Shown here piece after piece: positions 50,057-56,857 of a stretch of 56,857 bases of DNA (position 1 is the first letter of the stretch; every line of letters begins with the position of its first letter). Source of the DNA: Prorocentrum cordatum (lineage: Eukaryota); assembly GCA_963575745.1 (NCBI GenBank), contig CAUYUJ010000061.1, forward strand, positions 62,001 through 118,857, written 5' to 3'. Below the pieces are notes generated by a model, which did no database searches, was not told the origin of the DNA, and saw nothing but the letters and a program-made list of their open reading frames with translations. A program made the position numbers and the translations under genes.

Positions 50057-51524
50057 GCGCGCGGTGTCTGAGCTGGCGGCCGATTCGTTTTTTTTCCTCG
50101 CATCGGTGCATCACTGCTCTTCGAAGATATTTTGGGCCGCGCGGGATCGGGTGACGGCTCCGCGGCAAGGTAGACGGCCGCTCGCTATGAGGTGTTTGAG
50201 AAGGGGGGAGGAGATGAGGAGGAGGAGGGAGGCCCAGGGAGGAGGGAGGAGAAAGTCCTGCACATGGGTTGTACGAAAAGAGAAGGGAGGATGAGGAGAA
50301 GGGGGAGGAGGAGGAGGGAGGACGGGGATGAGAGGAAGGAGGAGGGAGGAGGAGGAGGAGGAGGAGGAGGAGGAGGAGAAGGAGGATAATGATGATGATG
50401 AGGAGGAGGAAGGGAAGGGAAGGGAAGAGAAGGGAAAGGAAGTGACGGGAAGGGAAGGGAAGGGAAGGGAAGAGGAGGATGAGGAGCAGGGTGATGATGT
50501 AATTTGGCGCAGGAGGATGGCTGGGAGGAAAAGGGAGGAGGCGGTGGATGCAGGTCGAGAATTTTTATTTTCATGTCGAATGCTGCGTCCTCCTTCTCCT
50601 CCCCCTTCCTTCAGGCTCCTGGGGGCCCCTTGGGGCGGAAGCCTCGAATTGTCGGTTCGTCTTCCCCCTCTTTGGCCCTTCTGAGGGCCGTCCTGGGGCC
50701 CTCTTGCGCCGTCTTCGGCGCCCTCGGGGCTGTCTTGGAGCCCGCTTGGGTCGTCTTGTTACAGTCTTGGGGGCACTCATGGGCCGTCTTGGGGCACTCA
50801 TGGGGGCCTCTGCGGAAGCTCGAAAAGGCGAGAACCACAAAATATTTGAAGCACCTCAGGGAAATCATGTTTTTTTGCCTCTCGGGGCCTTCTTTGGGCC
50901 TCCTGGGGGTTTCTTGTGGCTTCTTAGGGGCCTCAGGTCGGAAGGTTCTAATTCTTGGTCCGTGTTCCCCCTCTTGGGCTACTCTCGGGGCCGTCTCGGG
51001 CCCTCTTTGGCGTCACTTGGGCTGTCTAGGAGCCCTTTTGGTCCGTCTTGGAGCTCTCTTGGGGGCATCTTGGGCCGTTTTCAGGCAGCCTTGGGGGCCG
51101 TTTGGGTCATTTTGGGGCTTCGGACGCTTGAAAAGGCGCGAACCCAACAAAACATTGAAACGCCTCAGGAGCATCATGGGTTTTTGCCTCCTCGGGGCCC
51201 TCCTGGGAAGGCTCCTGGGGCTCCCTTGGGACGCTCCTGGGCCGTCGTGGGGCCATCTTGGGCCGTCCTGAGGCCAGTTTTGGAGACATCTTGGCTTTGG
51301 AGCGCGAGCCGGTCGTACTCTGCAACGGGTTGTGGCCTAGAGAGAGAGAGAGAGAGGGCGATGCATGCAACCGAGTGCGACGAGTGGGGGGGGGCCGCTA
51401 GATCCCTACAGAAATCCAACCAGACAGCACTTGGCATGACGGGAAGCGCCCCCGGCGTGCCCGTTTTGTTGGTGGTAAGAATTTATTCATGGCTACGGAT
51501 TGCACCGGGCGCTCACGCTGGCGG

Positions 51525-51585
51525 ATGACGGGAAGCGTCTTCGAGGTACGAGAAGCAAGCGGGACGTTCTGGCTGAATCCTTGAG

Positions 51586-51620
<35 letters not shown>

Positions 51621-52340
51621 TTATATCTATGGGTTGCGGGGGTGCACGGGGTTTTTCGTTGGCGGATTCCCCAAAATGGCCATTTCGCTCGAGACATCCT
51701 CGAAAAATCGAGGTGTTGGAGGCTATCGTTTAAGACGTCTTATGTTAAAAATGACGGTTTCGCTCGAGACATCCTCAAAAAATCGGGATGTTGAAAAATA
51801 TCAAAAATGACGGGAAGCGTCTTCGAGGTACGAGAAGCAAGCGGGACGTTCTGGCTGAATCCTGAGTAATTATATAGTTAGCATTTGTTTAAAATTATAT
51901 ATATATTTTATTCATTAATTATATATATATATATATATCTTTATATCTATGGGTTGCGGGGGTGCACGGGATCATTCGTTGGCGGATTCCCCAAAATGGC
52001 CATTTCGCTCGAGACATCCTCGAAAAATCGAGGTGTTGGAGGCTATCGTTTAAGACGTTTTATGTTTAAAATGACGGTTTCGCTCGAGACATCCTCAAAA
52101 AATCGGGATGTTGAAAAATATCAAAAATTTTTGTTATGCATGAAAAATGAGCGTTTCGCTCGAGACATCCTCGACAAAATGAGATGCCGACAGAGGTGTT
52201 TTAGAACCTCTTATGTCAAACATGACGTTTTCGCTCGGGACGTCCTCAGAAAATGAGCAGGTGGTCTGCCGTGCTGACGTGTGGAGCACGGCAGACCACG
52301 GCCATTTCTTCGCTCGAGACATCCTCAAAACATCGAGGTG
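51525..52340. repeat. ~282-bp tandem duplication with ~75-bp TTTCGCTCGAGACATCCTC subrepeats; partly recopied from ~55750
   Basis: ATGACGGGAAGCGTCTTCGAGG occurs at 51525 and 51807. The block ~52097-52560 recurs at ~55750-56215. Confidence 0.85.
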
Positions 52341-52374
52341 TGGTCTGCCGTGCTCCTGTGTGGTCTGCCTTGCT

Positions 52375-52980
52375 CCTGGGGGGCAAACCAGCAACACGTC
52401 AAGAAGTTACCCAGGGGACCAATCAGCAACACGTCAAGAAGTTATCCTGGGGGGCAAACCAGCAACACGTCAAGAAGTTATCCCGAAGGGGCAAACCAGC
52501 AACACGTCAAGAGCGAGCTGAGGGGGGCAAACCAGCAACACGTCAAGAAGTTATCCTGGGGGGCAAACCAGCAACACGTCAAGAAGTTATCCTGGGGGGG
52601 GCAAACCAGCAACACGTCAAGAAGTTATCCTGAGGGGGCAAACCAGCCACAGGTCCAAAAGTTGCTGAGGGGGGCAAACCAGCAACACGTGAAGAAGTTA
52701 TCCTGACGGGGCAAACCAGCAACACGTCAAAGGTTATCCTGAGGGGGGCAAACGAGCAACACGCCAAGAAGGGGCTGAGGTGGTCGACCACCAACACTTC
52801 AATAAGTTACCCTGAGGCAAAACCAGCCACTCGCCAAGAAGTCATCCTGAGGGGGCAAACCAGCAACACGTCAAGAAGGTGCTGAGGGGACAAACCAGCA
52901 ACACGTCAAGAAGGTATCCTGGGGGGGGCAAACCAGCAACACGTCAATGCGGTATCCCGAGGGGACCAAACCAGCAACAC
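52375..52980. repeat. ~33-35-bp minisatellite GGGGCAAACCAGCAACACGTCAAGAAGTTATCCT
   Basis: Direct reading of tandem copies; recurs at 56025-56220. Confidence 0.9.
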
Positions 52981-52982
52981 CA

Positions 52983-55900
52983 CTGCCGTGCTTCTTTGGT
53001 GTCTGCCGTGCTCCTGTGGAGTTTGCCGTGCGAACGTGTGGTCTGCCGTGCTCCTGTGTGGTTTGGCGTGCTCCTGTGTGGTCTGCCGTGCTCGTGTGTG
53101 GTTTGCCGTGCTCCTGTGTGGTCTGGCGTGCTCCCGTGGAGTCTGCCGTGTCCTGTGTGGTCTGCCGTGCTCCTTTGGGGTCTGCCGTGCTCCTGTGGTC
53201 TGCCTTGCTCCTGTGGGGTCTGCCGTTGTTCGGCCGTCTTGAGGGCACTCTTCCTGCATAGTCTGCCGTGCTCCTCGTCTTGGTCTGCCGTGCTCCTCGT
53301 CTTGGTCATCCTTTCCGTCGTCTTGAGGGCGCTCTTGGTGCCTGGTCTGCCGTGCTCCTCGTCTTGGTCTGCCGTGCTCCTCTCGGTTCCTAAGCCTGGT
53401 CCGCCGTGCTCCTCGTCTTGGTCTGCCGTGCTCCTCACAAAGGAGCACGCCAGACCACACAGGAGCCCGGCAGACGCCACAGGAGCACGGCAGACGCCAC
53501 AGGAGCACGGCGGAACCCACAGGAGCACGGCAGACCGCGCGCGGGTACAACATAAACGCGCCTTTTTGTTGTACCCCGAACGCCGCTGGCGTTTCCCCAA
53601 CTGGAGCACGGCAGATCTCACAGGCGCGCGGCAGATATATATCTTTAACTATATGGGTTGCCGCGCCGCACGGGATTCACACAGGAGCACGGCAGACTCC
53701 ACAGGAGCACGGCAGACCACAAAGGAGCACGGCAGACCACACAGGAGCCCGGCAGACGCCACAGGAGCACGGCAGACGCCACAGGAGCACGGCGGAACCC
53801 ACAGGAGCACGGCAGACCGCGCGCGGGTACAACATAAACGCGCCTTTTTGTTGTACCCCGAACGCCGCTGGCGTTTCCCCAACAGGAGCACGGCAGATCT
53901 CACAGGCGCGCGGCAGACCCCAAATGAGCACGGCCGACCACAGGAGCACGGCAGACCCCAAATGAGTACGGCAGACCCCAAAAGAGCACCGTAGACGCTT
54001 CAGGAGCACGGCTGACCACACAGGAGCACGGCAGCCTGGGCCGGTTCCGGCGCCGGCCGGCGCCGGAAAATTGAATTCCGAGGCGGTGCCGAAAAAAGGC
54101 CACTCCAAGACATATTTTTCTTTCGAAAATATTGTTTTTCTGCTCCCGGCGCCCGGGAACCCCTTCCGGGCCGCTTCTGGCACCCGGGCCGGCGCTCGAG
54201 CCAAACGCCCGGGCCAGCACCCGGGCCAGCGCCCGGGCCGGTTCCGGCGCCGGCCGGCGCCGGAAAATTGAATTCCGAGGCGGTGCCGAAAAAAGGCCAC
54301 TCCAAGACATATTTTTCTTTCGAAAATATTGATTTTCTGCTCCCGGCGCCCGGGAACCCCTTCCGGGCCGCTTCCGGCACCCGGGCCGGCGCTCGAGCCG
54401 AACGCCTGGGCCAGCACCCGGGCCAGCGCCCGGGCCGGTTCCGGCGCCGGCCGGCGCCGGAAAATTGAATTCCGAGGCGGTGCGGAAAAAAGGCCATTCC
54501 AAGACATATTTTTCTTTCGAAAATATTGATTTTCTGCTCCCGGCGCCCTGGAACCCCTTCGGGGCCGATTCCGGCACCCAGGCCGGCGCTCGAACCGAAC
54601 GCCCGGGCCGGCACCTGGGCTGGCGGCTGACGCGAGAAGGACGGCAATGCGGCAGTTCCCGCAAGATCGTTCCAGAGTGGGAGGGGGGACGGCGAGCTGG
54701 GCGGGGTGAAGGAACCAGAGCACTGCTCAGCCTTCCTTCAGCCTGGGTCTGTGACCACACAGGAGCACGGCAGAACACACAGGAGCGCTGCAATCCACAA
54801 AGGAGCAAGGCAAGATCGAGACCCCAAAATGAGCACGGCAGACCACCACGTTCGCACGGCAGACCGCACCGGAGACGGCAGACGCACTATGTGCAGGCAG
54901 ACAAGAAGGAGGCACGGCAGACCACACTGGAGCCCGACGAACGTCCACAACAACAGGAGCAGTCCGTTAGGGCAGACCACACAGGACACGGCAGACCCCA
55001 CGGGAGCACTGCAGACCACACAGGAGCACGGCAAACCACACAAGAGCACGGCAGACCATACAGGAGCACGCCAGACCACACAGGAACACGGCAGACCACA
55101 CGTTCGCACGGCAAACTCCACAGGAGCACGGCAGACCCCAAAGGAGCACGGCAGACCACAGGAGCACGGAAGACCGCACAGGAGCACGGCAGACCACACA
55201 GGAGCACGACAAACCAAGAAGGAGCACGGCAGACCACAGGAGCACCGCAGACGCCACAGAAGCACGGCAGATCGTCGTCGTCGTCATCGTCGTCGTCTTC
55301 GTCAATAACGATCTCGAAAATTACGACAAAAAAGCGATGACAGAAAACGACCACAAACATAACACACAAACCAACCGAACACGGAATCCAACAACAAAAA
55401 AACAATCAGAAAAACGACCGCAATCATAAAATGATAACGACGGCGACAGCGAGAACGGCAACAGCGGACGATTATAATGAAAACGACGACACGACAAAGG
55501 AAAGGCACGCGACGACGACGACGGACAAACAAAAGACAAGACAGGCTGGAACAGAAAAAGTAGGCTGGGCGACAACGGGTGGGGGCCCGCGTGGCCGAGA
55601 GAAAAGCACGGTGTCGACACATGATGTGGCCAGGGCAGCAGACTACCTCGACAGACCAGCGCGGCAGGCCACCATTTAGTCTGTTCTGTTGCGTTTATGG
55701 GTTTCTCTGACGTTCTCGCCAATACGGTCTCTGACGCACGTGGTGGATAAAAATCGGGATGTTGAAAAATATCAAAAATTTTTGTTATGCATGAAAAATG
55801 AGCGTTTCGCTCGAGACATCCTCGAAAACATGAGATGCCGACAGAGGTGTTTTAGAACCTTTTATGTCAAAAAAGACGTTTTCGCTCGGGACGTCCTCAG

Positions 55901-56857
55901 AAAATGAACAGGTGGTCTGCCGTGCTCCCGTGTGGAGCACGGCAGACCACGGCCATTTCGCTCGAGACATCCTCAAAAAATCGCAAAGTGGTCTGCCGTG
56001 CTCCTGTGTGGTCTGCCTTGCTCCTGGGGTGCAAACCAGCAACACGTCAAGAAGTTACCCAGGGGACCAATCAGCAACACGTCAAGAAGTTATCCTGGGG
56101 GGCAAACCAGCAACACGTCAGCACGGTATCCCGAAGGGGCAAACCAGCAACACGTCAAGAAGGTGCTGATGGGGGGCAAACCAGCAACACGTCAAGAAGT
56201 TATCCTGGGGGGCAAACCATTTCGCTCGAGACATCCTCAAAAAATCGAGGTGTGGTCTGCCGTGCTCCTGTGTGGTCTGCCTTGCTCCTGTGGTCTGCCG
56301 TGCTCCTCACAGGAGCACGGCAGACCGCGCGTAGGAACCGAGAGGAGCACGGCAGACCACCTCGAGGAGCACGGCGGACCAGGGGCTTAGGAACCGAGAG
56401 GAGCACGGCAGACCAAGACGAGGAGCACGGCAGACCAGGCACCAAGAGCGCCCTCAAGACGACGGAAAGGATGACCAAGACGAGGAGCACGGCAGACCAA
56501 GACGAGGAGCACGGCAGACTATGCTTTAAGAGTGCCCTCAAGACGGCCGAACAACGGCAGACCCCATAGGATCACGGCAGACCACAGAAGAGCACGGCAG
56601 ACCAACAGGAGCACGGCAGACCACACAAGAGCACGGCAGGCCACACAGGAGCACGGCAGACCACACAGGAGCACGGCAGACCACACCTCGAGCACGGCAG
56701 ACCACACAGGAGCACGGCAGACGCCACAGGAGCACGGCGGAACCCACAGGAGCACGGCAGACCACAGAAGAGCACGGCAGACCAACAGGAGCACGGCAGA
56801 CCACACAAGAGCACGGCAGGCCACACGGGAACACGGCAGAGCACACAGGAGCACGGC
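52983..56857. repeat. ~20-22-bp minisatellite (CACAGGAGCACGGCAGACCA) in both orientations, with inverted blocks
   Basis: It reads GGTCTGCCGTGCTCCT from 52983-53435 and flips at ~53436. It flips again at ~56308. The block ~53215-53400 recurs inverted at ~56385-56565. Confidence 0.88.
54036..54615. repeat. 197-bp tandem repeat (3 copies) containing a perfect 24-bp palindrome
   Basis: TTGAATTCCGAGG anchors at 54071, 54268 and 54465. TTCCGGCGCCGGCCGGCGCCGGAA lies at 54045-54068 and in each unit. Confidence 0.9.

Noticed and set aside
50504..56854. ORFs of 100-370 aa in the minisatellite region
   Set aside because: The peptides simply mirror the 21-, 34- and 197-bp repeat units on both strands, and no further ERGIC exon was recognisable.

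Overview
Repeat-dense eukaryotic genomic DNA, most likely from a dinoflagellate. That assignment is inference, based on a GC splice donor, repeated intron-boundary sequence and very long GAT/GAG tracts. (1) Positions 1-29.4 kb are a same-orientation nested cluster of non-autonomous elements with Helentron/DINE-1-like (rolling-circle) architecture: 15-16 bp subterminal inverted repeats, ~177-bp internal tandem repeats, a conserved 3' hairpin ending CCAGT, and insertion at a T without a real target-site duplication (TSD). (2) Four mutually divergent non-LTR retrotransposons are all inserted with their 3' ends at the same position in the loop of that hairpin. One is apparently complete, one has an intact ORF2, and two are truncated or decayed. 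Their ORF2 is APE endonuclease (only a remnant or absent in the truncated copies) + RT + RNase H. It shows atypical RT motifs (W-A-D-N, R-T-G) and an RNase H whose catalytic motifs are in circularly permuted order. In the two copies retaining the junction, ORF1 and ORF2 are in frame and separated by a single TGA in the same context. This hairpin-targeting LINE / Helentron-like host pairing is the candidate novel system. (3) Positions 29.4-57 kb hold decayed element remnants, huge microsatellites, several minisatellites with inverted blocks, and three exons of an ERGIC3/Erv46-family gene (47.8-50.1 kb). No rRNA, tRNA or CRISPR array was recognised. All assignments come from motif reading by eye; no searches were run.
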